Origin: a virus
Length of the DNA: 64,000 nt
Direction: 5' to 3' (one strand)
IMG/VR virus record: IMGVR_UViG_3300047462_000154
Location: 96,001 to 160,000 of that record
The notes beneath the pieces are model-generated. The model saw only the letters and a program-made list of their open reading frames with translations, searched no databases and was not told the origin of the DNA. This document shows positions 9,686 through 19,466 of the stretch, in pieces. Position 1 is the first letter of the stretch, and each line of letters begins with the position of its first letter. The position numbers and the translations under genes are program-made.

Positions 9686-10282
9686 ACCGCCAGAAATACC
9701 ACATTTAACAACGTCTACACCATTCAAAAGTAATTCTCTTGTCATTTCTCCAGAAACTACATTACCAGCCATGATAATTAAATTTGGATGTTTATCACGC
9801 ATCATTTTACAAAAATCTATGAAAACTTGCATGCCGCCATTTGCAACATCGATATTAATCATTTTAATACCATTTGCTTTTTCTTCATTCCAATAACCTG
9901 TTTTTGATAATACATATTCAAATTTTTCAATATCTTTTTGGGTTATTCCCATAGAATAAAATGTATTTCCTGGTGGATTTTCAAATCTTTCTTGAGCATT
10001 TTTGTTACCACCATTTAAGAAAAATTGAATTAACTCTCTAGCTGGATAATGTTTATGTAAAGCAGTCATACATTTATGTTTAGATAATGCTTTTGCTAAA
10101 GAAATTGTTCCAATTCCTGTCATATTTGCTGCTACAATTGGAATCGATGTTAAAGTATATGGTGAATGTTTAAATTTAAAAGTTCTTGTTAAATCAACTT
10201 CTGCTCTTGATGAAATATTACTTTTCTGTGGTTTAATTAATACATCTTTGAAATCTAATTGAATTTCGTCAAGAATTATCAT
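9368..10282 (-). CDS. guaC: GMP reductase N-terminal half fused to split N-intein (105 aa)
   Basis: LDFKDVLIKP..S.ISSRAEVDL, IPIVAANM, TALHKHY, IDVANG, IMAGNVV, DVVKCGISGG|CFVSGT; type-1 GuaC without CBS domains. Confidence 0.92.
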   Translation of the reverse strand: MIILDEIQLDFKDVLIKPQKSNISSRAEVDLTRTFKFKHSPYTLTSIPIVAANMTGIGTISLAKALSKHKCMTALHKHYPARELIQFFLNGGNKNAQERFENPPGNTFYSMGITQKDIEKFEYVLSKTGYWNEEKANGIKMINIDVANGGMQVFIDFCKMMRDKHPNLIIMAGNVVSGEMTRELLLNGVDVVKCGISGGCFVSGTQITTSTGYKNIEDIKINDIVLTHTASWKKVSKTFIHEHHKKILKINERIKTTPNHEFYVVHKKYLGILNDDNIDSYAKWVSAEELSNEFLMLELNTEVV

Positions 10283-10302
10283 TTATTATTCTCCATATAA
10301 TT

Positions 10303-10616
10303 TGAAATTAGAATTTATATGGTTTGAAAGTCAATTTAAATTGAATACTAATCTGGAAAAAAATTCCAAGGTTTTGTTTTTTCTATTCTATTTTTTGCTA
10401 TATTAAAATAATTTTCTTCTTTTTCTATTCCAATAAAATTTCGTTTCTCTAACCTACAAGCAACGCCAGTTGTGCCACTTCCCATGCAATTATCAAGAAC
10501 ATTATCGTTTTCATTTGAATTTCGCCATGATATAATTTATCAATAATTAACATTTTATTTTCTCTTGTTTAAATGAAATTAGAATTTATATGGTTTGACA
10601 GTAAATTTAAATTGAA
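10303..10616 (+). repeat. 43-bp direct repeat pair (10303-10345, 10574-10616)
   Basis: tgaaattagaatttatatggtttga(a/c)agt(c/a)aatttaaattgaa, 2 mismatches. Confidence 0.85.
10348..10518 (-). pseudogene. C-terminal remnant of beta-class N6A/N4C DNA methyltransferase
   Basis: Reads [45 protein letters not shown] (SAM-binding motif I); upstream in-frame stop at 10537-10539; no catalytic DPPY half. Confidence 0.8.
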
Positions 10617-10926
10617 AATATTTTTTACTTCTGATATTTGTGTAGTCATGATAGAAGAACATATTAATAAGTTAGTTTATGACTTGCATTACCACAAAAA
10701 TTCATCAAATGATGAAAATACATTTAAGGTAAATCTTAATCCTAATCAGATACCACCATTGGGTAAATATTATGATTTTTTAAAAAAATGTAAAATTTAT
10801 GTATTTTGGTGTGAAAATAATTGCAAATCAAATTGGAATTTTAATTTTGGACACAGATGTTTTTATTTTGAAAATAAAACGGATGCTGCTTTATTTGTAT
10901 TGAATAATGATTCCCGATTTTCTTAA
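10573..10926 (+). CDS. hypothetical, WC..NC/F.F..K.D..LF.L family
   Basis: C-terminal WCENNCKSNW...FYFENKTDAALFVL. Confidence 0.65.
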   Translation: MKLEFIWFDSKFKLKIFFTSDICVVMIEEHINKLVYDLHYHKNSSNDENTFKVNLNPNQIPPLGKYYDFLKKCKIYVFWCENNCKSNWNFNFGHRCFYFENKTDAALFVLNNDSRFS

Positions 10927-11506
10927 CCCAATTAAACATCCTGGAAATAAAAAAGAATTAGAATATTTTTGCTCTTTTGTAAAAGATTGGACAAAAATGG
11001 AAAAAAATATTTGGATGGCTTTCCTTGAAAAATTGTCAAATACTCCCATTGAAAAAACCAATAGAAACACAACAATAACTTTATTATCTGGAAAAAACAG
11101 ATTATATTTTAAGAATTATATTTTAAATAATATAGATTTTAAATTTGATTCTTTGATTTTTAAAGAAAATTATTATAATATATTTGTTGATATTTACAAA
11201 AAAGATTTGTCAGGATTTTTGCAAAAATATTTGGCAATTGGATTTGATGACCATTCTAATTCTGGCTATCATATAATTTTGAGAGAATTGATTAATTATC
11301 ATGATATGTTTTATTCTCCTTGGTTTTATAATTTACAAAAATCAACTACCGTATATGATGCAGTAATAGCTTGTAATCAAATAATTCAAAACCCATGGTG
11401 TGTCAGATATAATCTTAGAATGAGATTAGGAACTATGTATTATAACAATCCAGTTTTCTATTTTAAATCAAAAGAAGATTTGGCATTGTTCACATTATTA
11501 TTGTAA
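10907..11506 (+). CDS. hypothetical, same C-terminal motif family
   Basis: Ends FYFKSKEDLALFTLLL. Confidence 0.65.
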   Translation: MIPDFLNPIKHPGNKKELEYFCSFVKDWTKMEKNIWMAFLEKLSNTPIEKTNRNTTITLLSGKNRLYFKNYILNNIDFKFDSLIFKENYYNIFVDIYKKDLSGFLQKYLAIGFDDHSNSGYHIILRELINYHDMFYSPWFYNLQKSTTVYDAVIACNQIIQNPWCVRYNLRMRLGTMYYNNPVFYFKSKEDLALFTLLL

Positions 11507-11624
11507 GATATGAACATGATGAACTGGTTTAAAAAACTTTGGAAACCATGTCGATGCCAAGGATGTGGATTTAAAAAATTATCATCTATTGAATTAGCAG
11601 AATCACGCTTATTTCCAGTAGAAA

Positions 11625-11873
11625 ATGAAAATAGAGGTTAATATGAAAACTGTAGAAGAAGTAAAACAATATCTTAAAGAAAATCCTTCGACTTTAAAAC
11701 CACAAGTATCTAATTTTTTTGGATTACCTATAAGATTTGAAGAATACGATATTTGGGCTACTACAACCCCAGAAGGTATTGATTTACAAATCGAGAAGTT
11801 TACTGAAAAATCAGGTTGTTTTTATTGGTTTGAAGGTAATCAGATTCAAAAAAGTGTTCACACAAAGGACTAA
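11625..11873 (+). CDS. hypothetical protein
   Basis: 82 aa ORF; GAGG precedes an internal ATG at 11643, the possible true start. Confidence 0.55.
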   Translation: MKIEVNMKTVEEVKQYLKENPSTLKPQVSNFFGLPIRFEEYDIWATTTPEGIDLQIEKFTEKSGCFYWFEGNQIQKSVHTKD

Positions 11874-11876
11874 ATA

Positions 11877-12065
11877 ATGTTTGCATATTCAATAATATTA
11901 AATTCAGTCGATGGATACATTCAGGTGGATATATCAAACTTTATTATTGATGAATTGCTTGAATGGTGTGAAGAAAATTGCAAAAACAACTGGGAACATG
12001 GATTTGGTAGTTTTTATTTTAAAGATAAAACAGAAGCAACGATGTTTGCATTGATAGCAAACTAA
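11877..12065 (+). CDS. hypothetical, same motif family
   Basis: WCEENCKNNW...FYFKDKTEATMFAL; AAGGA RBS. Confidence 0.65.
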   Translation: MFAYSIILNSVDGYIQVDISNFIIDELLEWCEENCKNNWEHGFGSFYFKDKTEATMFALIAN

Positions 12066-12084
12066 TAATATATCGTAATTATAT

Positions 12085-12195
12085 TTGAATTGGTGTGAAG
12101 AAAATTGCAAAAGTGATTGGGAATTTTCATATTACTGCTTCTGTTTCAAAGATAAAACAGAAGCAGTTTTGTTTGCATTACTAATTAACTTTTAG
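12085..12195 (+). pseudogene. partial tandem copy of the preceding gene's 3' half
   Basis: Reads LNWCEENCKSDWEFSYYCFCFKDKTEAVLFALLINF*; shares long identical stretches with 11964-12062; no ATG or clear RBS. Confidence 0.65.
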
Positions 12196-14008
12196 CTTTT
12201 CTTCCGCGTTTTTTAACTGTTGTTATTTCTTCAATTGGTTTTTCATTAGCAGCATGTTGTTCCATTTCATTTTCAACTTGTCTTGTGAAACTCGGTGTAG
12301 CACCAGCAACAGTCAATAAATCATCGCGAATATCTTGACTTCGTTTTTCTAAATTTAACACTCTACGAAATGAATTTTTAATAATTTGTGTATAAAAAGC
12401 AAAAGGATTATCAGATTTTGATTCATCAAATTGTAAAGCAACTTGAGATAATTGTAATAAAGCATTTCCACGCATTTCATCGTTATACGTATTGAAAGTA
12501 AGGAATACTGTCCCATTTCTTCTTACCATTAAAGTGTTATTTTCTGTTTCTGGACACCAAACAATATCAGAATAATCAACCGTTGGTTCATTTGGATGAT
12601 TATGCTTTCCGCGCCCTTTTATTTTGCCATTATTTTTTCCACCATGAAAATCAATATTTTCAACACGTGAATGATTTGCACGTTTTGAAAAGAAATTAAC
12701 ATTGTAAATATGGCTTTCTAATTTATTTGTTTCTGTAATAATATCTCTCTTTTTATAAGCAACACGATGACCACATAAAGTGCAAAGAAATACAAATGCA
12801 TCAACATGTGCTTTGTCTTTTTGACAATATCCAATATTTAAACCATTTCCAATTTTTGTTCTCCAACCATCACCATCAATCATGGCATTCATTAACAATT
12901 CTCTTTGTTCATTTGTTAATGATAAAATAAAATCATATTTTAAAACTTTGTTTTTTTCTTTTGAGTTTTCAATTACTTCTAATAATTTATTTCTCATATT
13001 TTTTGAAAGTCTAAAACAAACATTTATATTTTTTCTATTTTTTCTATAACTTTCTGTAAATTTTTCATTTAAATTATTCAAACAATTTCTAATTCTATCT
13101 GCATATATTCCTTCATTTTGATAGAGTGATGTGGAAGGATTTTGTCTTGAATTATCAAAACAACCTTTAGTAACCATCCATCCCAATAATTCAACAAATG
13201 CATCATCATATGTTTTTTCTTTTGGTCCATCAACCGCAGAACCCACCATAATAACTTTATCTGTTTCTAAAAGATAATCTACTTCTTTTGGTCCATCCTG
13301 AGTAATAAATCTATGACCAGGAGTTACTAATGCATCCATACCACGAACAGTTAAGTGAAACATTTTTCCTTCATAATGGTTGCGATATATTGATTTTATT
13401 TTTGACCATTTTAGTTTTTTTGTTTCTAACTCATATGATAAAATAATATCATCAGTGGTTATCTCATCATATTTTAACCAACCACGTTGGGTCAATGCTT
13501 CAGAAAATTTGTCAAAGCAATAATTTCTCCAGTTACCACGTTTAGCATATCGTTCTACTAACAACATAATCATCAATGCTAATCTTTTAGAAATCATGCC
13601 TTGGTCACCACAAAACTCACCATTAGAAATACTACCAATCCAATGTGAACGACCAACTTCTCGATATACACCATTTTCAAAAATATAATGTTGAAATGGT
13701 GGAAAAACTGTTCTTATTGCATCAGTTGTTCCTAAACCACGTTTTCTTGTTTTCCCATCAGGGTCATTTGGAATATGCGAATCTGTCATTAAACGATATA
13801 CCAAATCTTCTTTTTTTAATTTAACTTCAGCTTTAGCATTTATTTTTGTTAATACAGCATCTTTCATTTCTTCTGTTATATTTTTTAAATCTGTTACAAT
13901 AATATGAAATTTACTATATTCGTCTTTTTCAAAAAAACTATATGAAACTTTACTTTTGTGAATTTCAGATAATAATTCTTTGTTAGTTATATACTTAATT
14001 TTTTCCAA
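12185..14008 (-). CDS. late transcription sigma factor (T4 gp55-like) with intein
   Basis: YITNKELLSEIHKSK; ERYAKRGNWRNY|intein|TYNDEMRGNALLQL; FDESKSDNPFAFYTQII.NSF.R.LN.EKR; extein about 264 aa. Confidence 0.9.
   Translation of the reverse strand: MEKIKYITNKELLSEIHKSKVSYSFFEKDEYSKFHIIVTDLKNITEEMKDAVLTKINAKAEVKLKKEDLVYRLMTDSHIPNDPDGKTRKRGLGTTDAIRTVFPPFQHYIFENGVYREVGRSHWIGSISNGEFCGDQGMISKRLALMIMLLVERYAKRGNWRNYCFDKFSEALTQRGWLKYDEITTDDIILSYELETKKLKWSKIKSIYRNHYEGKMFHLTVRGMDALVTPGHRFITQDGPKEVDYLLETDKVIMVGSAVDGPKEKTYDDAFVELLGWMVTKGCFDNSRQNPSTSLYQNEGIYADRIRNCLNNLNEKFTESYRKNRKNINVCFRLSKNMRNKLLEVIENSKEKNKVLKYDFILSLTNEQRELLMNAMIDGDGWRTKIGNGLNIGYCQKDKAHVDAFVFLCTLCGHRVAYKKRDIITETNKLESHIYNVNFFSKRANHSRVENIDFHGGKNNGKIKGRGKHNHPNEPTVDYSDIVWCPETENNTLMVRRNGTVFLTFNTYNDEMRGNALLQLSQVALQFDESKSDNPFAFYTQIIKNSFRRVLNLEKRSQDIRDDLLTVAGATPSFTRQVENEMEQHAANEKPIEEITTVKKRGRKAKS
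12491..13519 (-). mobile_element. intein (343 aa) with LAGLIDADG-type endonuclease
   Basis: Starts CFDKFSEALT, block B VTPGHRF, LLGWMVTKG and LMNAMIDGDG motifs, ends VWCPET...TFN|T. Confidence 0.9.
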
Positions 14009-14086
14009 ATTAATTCAATTCCTTTAATTTTGCATACACTATTTCGTTGCAATAACATTATAATTAAAACTATATTTAATTTGCAA

Positions 14087-14094
14087 TATAAATA
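14087..14094 (+). promoter_or_regulatory. T4-type late promoter TATAAATA
   Basis: Exact gp55 consensus 30 nt upstream of the baseplate operon ATG (14125). Confidence 0.7.
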
Positions 14095-14124
14095 TCATTA
14101 TAATTCAAAGAGTTTTTAAATAAA

Positions 14125-15144
14125 ATGAGTATATTTGGACCAAGCACATTTCCTGTTACAATAAATGGTGTTACTGGAACTGGTGGTAATGTTAATGGAG
14201 CATTGGGTTTTGTTGGACCTAATGCAGAATATGAAGCATTACAAGCTGCTGGTAATGCACCAAATAGCAGTGGCGTTTCAACATCTTCAACAAATATTAA
14301 TTCAACATTTCCTTCAGCACAAAATTTATTATCAAGTGTTAGTGGTGGTTCATTAATTGCGAGCACATCTAAAGCATCAAGAGATATGCGAGTTGTTATT
14401 GCTCCTGCTGGTGGTGCAACCGCTTCTGCAATATCTAATGCAGCAGCAGCAGCCGCAACACCAGCAAATACAAGCATTTTTTCAGCCTCGCAATTATCAC
14501 AATATCAAGGCAATGCCACAGCAACTAACACATCATCTGCTTCAAATAATTCTGGTGTGCCAAGTGGTACTGGATATTATAGTGGAATATTAGCACCATT
14601 GATTGTTACGAATGGTGTATTGTTTCCATATTCACCAAATATTTCTTTTAGTCAGGATGTTGATTATAGTTTAGTTGGTGGTGGATTGGTTCATACAAAC
14701 CAAGATTATAATGCATATCAAAGAACACCGAGTGTTAAATTAACAATTGAAGGTAATTTTACAATCCAAAATCAATATGAAGGATTGTATATGTTAGCAG
14801 TCATACATTTTTTCAGAACAGTATCTAAAATGTATTTTGGACAAGCAGCCGCAAATTCAGGAACAGCAGGATTGCCGCCACCTATTTTAATTTTGAATGG
14901 ATACGGAACATATATGTTTAATAATCTGCCATGTATATTAACTGGTCATTCTTGGAATTATTCACCAGAAGTTGATACAATTGATATTGCTGATTCATCT
15001 GGTGGAATAACAAAATTACCATCATTGTTGGATTTATCAATAAGTTTAACAGTGCAACAAACACCTTATAATATGTCAACTGCATTTGATTTAAATCAAT
15101 TTAGAAGTGGCGCATTAATGAAAACAGGAGGCGGTTGGATTTAA
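14125..15144 (+). CDS. baseplate / tail-tube initiator protein (gp48/gp54-like)
   Basis: GVLFPYSPNI, IHFFRTVSKMYFG, GLPPPILILNGYG motifs; first gene of baseplate cluster. Confidence 0.65.
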   Translation: MSIFGPSTFPVTINGVTGTGGNVNGALGFVGPNAEYEALQAAGNAPNSSGVSTSSTNINSTFPSAQNLLSSVSGGSLIASTSKASRDMRVVIAPAGGATASAISNAAAAAATPANTSIFSASQLSQYQGNATATNTSSASNNSGVPSGTGYYSGILAPLIVTNGVLFPYSPNISFSQDVDYSLVGGGLVHTNQDYNAYQRTPSVKLTIEGNFTIQNQYEGLYMLAVIHFFRTVSKMYFGQAAANSGTAGLPPPILILNGYGTYMFNNLPCILTGHSWNYSPEVDTIDIADSSGGITKLPSLLDLSISLTVQQTPYNMSTAFDLNQFRSGALMKTGGGWI

Positions 15145-15447
15145 ATGTCAAGAATTTCTTATCCTGCATCATCACCATATTCAAATACTTTACAGACAAG
15201 TTCGTATTTACAAAATTGGGTTTACAAACCAATTCCACCAGATAGTGGTGATAGTTTTTATACTTTGTTACCAAGACATAATTATAGACCAGATACTTTG
15301 AGTTTTGATTTGTATGGAACACCTGTTTATTATTGGATTTTTTGTATTCGTAATCCGTTTTTAAGAAAAGACCCTATTTGGAATTTCGTTACAGGTTTAA
15401 CAATAATTGTGCCCTCGGCAAGTTATGTTAAAAGAGTGGTTGGATGA
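15145..15447 (+). CDS. baseplate wedge protein (gp53-like, LysM-type)
   Basis: YRPDTLSFDLYGTPVYYWIF motif. Confidence 0.8.
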   Translation: MSRISYPASSPYSNTLQTSSYLQNWVYKPIPPDSGDSFYTLLPRHNYRPDTLSFDLYGTPVYYWIFCIRNPFLRKDPIWNFVTGLTIIVPSASYVKRVVG

Positions 15448-18398
15448 GCACAGGTGTACCAAAAGGATATGTTGGAAAATTAGTTCCGAATGACAATACA
15501 AATAACGGCAATATAGTATCTACTGGTGGTTCGACTGGACAATCTCAACAACAAGCAGCAAATCAAGCTGTTCAAACAACATTAGCCAATGGCGGAACAC
15601 AAACACAAGCAACCGCTGATGCAGTTTTAAATAATCCACCAAGTTCTGCTCCTGGTGGAACAACATCTCCATTACCATCACCAAATACAACGCCACCAGA
15701 AGCAGCTTCAAGCGATTCTGGCGGGTCACCTACTGGTTCTAATGGTTCTTATCAATTTGTTTCACAAGCGGCTGCTACAGCCATTACAGAAGCTATTTTG
15801 AATGGTTCTGGAACACCTAACATTTTAAATTTATATCAAAATGTTACTTATCATTTTCGATTTTTTACATTGAATGATATAAATTTATATGAAACTGTTA
15901 AAACACCACCAACATCTGCTGAATTTTTTAATGCGATTATTCCAGACCCAAATCAACCAATTGGTGTTGCATCATCTAATAATGGAAAAATATCTACAGT
16001 TATTGTGGCTGAATCTGGTGCAACAATTTACAATATTAAAAATGTAGAATTTATATCAATGATTGGTCCAAATATTGATACCAGAAATGTCAACATTGGA
16101 ACATTTACAATGACAATCGTTGAACCATTAGGGGGTAGTTTTTTAACTGCATTGAAAGCTGCATCTGATGCTGTTGCGAATAGTAATTTTAAAAATTGTT
16201 TTTATTATCTTGAATTGACATTTAAAGCCTATGATACATCTGGTAATCAAGTAACCAATATATTTCCATCATCATTTCCAAATTCAACAACAGCATTCCC
16301 TTTAACTTTACAACAAGGTGATAGATGGATTTGGGAAGTGCAAATTACTGATATTGATATTTCAATTGATGCTGGTGGTGGAACATATGTGTTAACGTTG
16401 ATTTTGAGTGATAGTATGGCATTGGATGATGAAATTCATGCTGTTCCAGAAACAATTAGTGCAACAGGAAATACGTTAGGAGAATATTTTACTTATCTTG
16501 GTGCGGCATTAACAGCCAGTTGGGCAACACGATATGGTAATCAAGATGTATCATATGGCGACACAAAAAATGATATTCCTGCATTTAAATTTTTTCCAAT
16601 TCAATTAAATGGAACATCTTCATATGATAATATTGCAAATGGTGCAGACCCGGCAACATTTCAAATCATTGACCCAAGTTATCCAAATGTTCAACCACAA
16701 CAAACAAAAGATACTGAATTAGAAAATGGTTATATTAGAGGATATATTCAGCCAGGAGTAACAATTGAAAAAATAATTGAATCTGCTATTGGTGCAACAA
16801 AACAAGGGCAAACTCTTGGTATTGGGGGCAAAAATCCATATACAGGAGAATCAAATTCTGGTTCTACACAACCATCAGAAAGTATCATATTTAGAACAAT
16901 TCCTACCGTTATTATTACAGGATATAATATAATCTCAGGTAGATATATTATTACTGTAACGTTTAATATTATTCCATATTATACACAATATCCAATATTG
17001 TCTCCTATACAAACCCAAAACCAAACGTCCCAACAAGCATTAACAAATTTAATCAAAAGAGGATTGTTACAGAAAAAATACGAATACATTTATACTGGAT
17101 TAAATACTGAAATTTTGAATTTGAATATACAATTAAATGCTAAATGGAATGCTGTATTACCAACCAACTATGGTTTATTAAGCAACGCTGCTTCTGTTGC
17201 CCCTGGTAAAAGTATTGGCGCAAATAGTCCAAAAAACGCAACAAATCAACAAACTGCTGCAACAGCAAAATTAAGCCAATCGGCTATTTTGTATTCACAA
17301 GCAACACAAATTCAAACAGTTCTTTTACCACAATTAAATTCTTTAATGCAAGAAGCTACATCAGCTTTAGGACAAAATTCATTATCTAATTCAAGTGATG
17401 CAACTACTTCAAATAATTCAAATAATGCTCAAACTGTTAATAATTTGTTACCACAAATAACAAATTATAATCAAACAGCGGCATCATATAATTTAAAAAA
17501 TCCAACTAATCAAGTTCAACTTCTCGCTACACCAAAACTAAATTCTTCATTGGAAAGTGTATCCGCCAATATTAGTTCCGTAGCAAATTCTACAGGAAAT
17601 GTTGGGGTAGCAACAACAAATGCGTTTAATAAATCAAATAATACATCAATACCAGAAGTTTCAGTTCCAGCAAATTCGGTTTCATTTGCAGAAAATTTAG
17701 TAATATCACAAGGAGGAACATATGGCACATTCATGTTTCCAGTTACATTTAGCCAAAGTTATCGAGACGTAACCGAACAAACAGGAATAAATTTTGTAAA
17801 TGATCTTGATAATGATAGAACATTATTAGGCGCAGTATTAAATCAAATGTATGATTATTCAGCAAATCCTTTAATGTCAATAGATTTAACTATCAAATTG
17901 GACCCTTATTTTTTGGGCGAAACAAATTTATCCAAATGTGTTTATTTAAGGGGTAAAGGAACACCACCACCAGCAGAATCATATCAACCATCACAATTAT
18001 TTGGAGAAATGAATTTTGTATTGGCATTCAATATTCCATATCAAGTATCATCAAATCAAAGCAATATATACCAACCACAATTAGAAAAAGATGAAGCATA
18101 TACTGGTGTTTATATTATTACTCAAATAAAAAATACATTTGAAGACGGACAAATGACCCAAACATTAACAGGTAAAAGACAACCATTAATCAGCCTATTA
18201 AACGCACAAGGATTATCTACATCTTCAACTCTACCAGATGGTTCGCAAGGCGATACTGGTGCAAGTTCATCACCACAACAACAATCTACGCCATTACCAC
18301 CACCAGAAGCGCCACCACCACCACCAACAGTGGCACCACCAGTTGATAATACTTCTGCAACAATTAATCCAGATATTGGTGATGACCCTGCCGGATAA
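15444..18398 (+). CDS. putative baseplate hub protein
   Basis: Between gp53-like and gp5-like genes; FTMTIVEPLG, YEYIYTGLNTEIL, IKLDPYFLG, YTGVYIITQIKNTFEDGQMTQTL motifs. Confidence 0.65.
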   Translation: MSTGVPKGYVGKLVPNDNTNNGNIVSTGGSTGQSQQQAANQAVQTTLANGGTQTQATADAVLNNPPSSAPGGTTSPLPSPNTTPPEAASSDSGGSPTGSNGSYQFVSQAAATAITEAILNGSGTPNILNLYQNVTYHFRFFTLNDINLYETVKTPPTSAEFFNAIIPDPNQPIGVASSNNGKISTVIVAESGATIYNIKNVEFISMIGPNIDTRNVNIGTFTMTIVEPLGGSFLTALKAASDAVANSNFKNCFYYLELTFKAYDTSGNQVTNIFPSSFPNSTTAFPLTLQQGDRWIWEVQITDIDISIDAGGGTYVLTLILSDSMALDDEIHAVPETISATGNTLGEYFTYLGAALTASWATRYGNQDVSYGDTKNDIPAFKFFPIQLNGTSSYDNIANGADPATFQIIDPSYPNVQPQQTKDTELENGYIRGYIQPGVTIEKIIESAIGATKQGQTLGIGGKNPYTGESNSGSTQPSESIIFRTIPTVIITGYNIISGRYIITVTFNIIPYYTQYPILSPIQTQNQTSQQALTNLIKRGLLQKKYEYIYTGLNTEILNLNIQLNAKWNAVLPTNYGLLSNAASVAPGKSIGANSPKNATNQQTAATAKLSQSAILYSQATQIQTVLLPQLNSLMQEATSALGQNSLSNSSDATTSNNSNNAQTVNNLLPQITNYNQTAASYNLKNPTNQVQLLATPKLNSSLESVSANISSVANSTGNVGVATTNAFNKSNNTSIPEVSVPANSVSFAENLVISQGGTYGTFMFPVTFSQSYRDVTEQTGINFVNDLDNDRTLLGAVLNQMYDYSANPLMSIDLTIKLDPYFLGETNLSKCVYLRGKGTPPPAESYQPSQLFGEMNFVLAFNIPYQVSSNQSNIYQPQLEKDEAYTGVYIITQIKNTFEDGQMTQTLTGKRQPLISLLNAQGLSTSSTLPDGSQGDTGASSSPQQQSTPLPPPEAPPPPPTVAPPVDNTSATINPDIGDDPAG

Positions 18399-18461
18399 TA
18401 TTTATATTGTGTTTTAATATAAATTTTTGATAAAATAATAAAAATAAAAAGATTAAAAATT

Positions 18462-19466
18462 ATGAAATTAAATAAGGAACGAGAAAAAAATATATCTTAT
18501 GAAATTTTAATTACTTTTTTGGATTATAGTCCAGAAACGGGGGAGTTTGTTTGGAAAAAAAGATTACAAGATAAATCTGGTTTCAATAAAAAATATGCTG
18601 GAAAAAAAGCTGGTAGTATTTCAGATTATGGATATTTAACAATACGTTTATTTAAATCAACGTGGTTTGCTCATAGACTTGCTTGGGTTTTTGCGTATAA
18701 AAAATTTCCTGAAAATACAATTGACCATATCAACAATATCAGATTGGACAATAGAATTTCTAATTTAAGAGATGTTTCAGTGTTAGAAAATAATAACAAT
18801 GCAAAATTACCATCATCTGGACACAAATGGATTTACGAAGATACATATGGTTATGAAATTAGATATAAAACAAAAAATGTTGGATGGTCTAAAACTTTAG
18901 AAGAAGCTAAAAATATTCTTGAAAATTATTTAAAAAATATTCCAAAACAAGATATAGAAGAACTTGAAAAAGTTAGAAAAATAAAAAATGAAAAAAGACA
19001 AGAAAAAATCTCACGAGAAAATTTATTAGAAAGATATTTTTATGAAAAAGAAACGGGGAAATGGTATTTTAAAAAAAATGGCAAATTGCTCAAAGGCAAC
19101 ATAACAACTGCTGGTTATAATGTTATTCACATAGATGAAAAACCATATTTTTCTCACATTTTAGCTTGGTATTATATGACTGGAGAATGGTCAAATCCAC
19201 CAGGATTTGTAATTGACCATATAAATTGTAACAGAGCAGATAATAGATTTGAAAATTTAAGAAAAATTTCTCATTCTGAAAATTCTTTTAATACAAAATC
19301 TAAAAATGAATTTACTGGAGTTTTCTATAAAAACAATAATTGGGCTTTTCAAATTAGTATAAACAAAAAAAGAATTAGAAAACAAGGTTTCAAAACAAAA
19401 GAAGAAGCAAGAGATACAAGAAATGCTTTAATTTTAGAAAATGGATGGATTAACAATGGTTGCTAA
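18462..19466 (+). CDS. free-standing HNH homing endonuclease with two HNH domains and AP2-like tail
   Basis: AHRLAW...IDHINNIRLDNRISNLR and SHILAW...IDHINCNRADNRFENLR; C-terminal TGVFY...GFKTKEEA. Confidence 0.88.
   Translation: MKLNKEREKNISYEILITFLDYSPETGEFVWKKRLQDKSGFNKKYAGKKAGSISDYGYLTIRLFKSTWFAHRLAWVFAYKKFPENTIDHINNIRLDNRISNLRDVSVLENNNNAKLPSSGHKWIYEDTYGYEIRYKTKNVGWSKTLEEAKNILENYLKNIPKQDIEELEKVRKIKNEKRQEKISRENLLERYFYEKETGKWYFKKNGKLLKGNITTAGYNVIHIDEKPYFSHILAWYYMTGEWSNPPGFVIDHINCNRADNRFENLRKISHSENSFNTKSKNEFTGVFYKNNNWAFQISINKKRIRKQGFKTKEEARDTRNALILENGWINNGC

Noticed and set aside
11960-12195. Possible DGR template/variable repeat pair
   Set aside because: Differences involve all four bases, not only adenines, and no reverse transcriptase is in the window.
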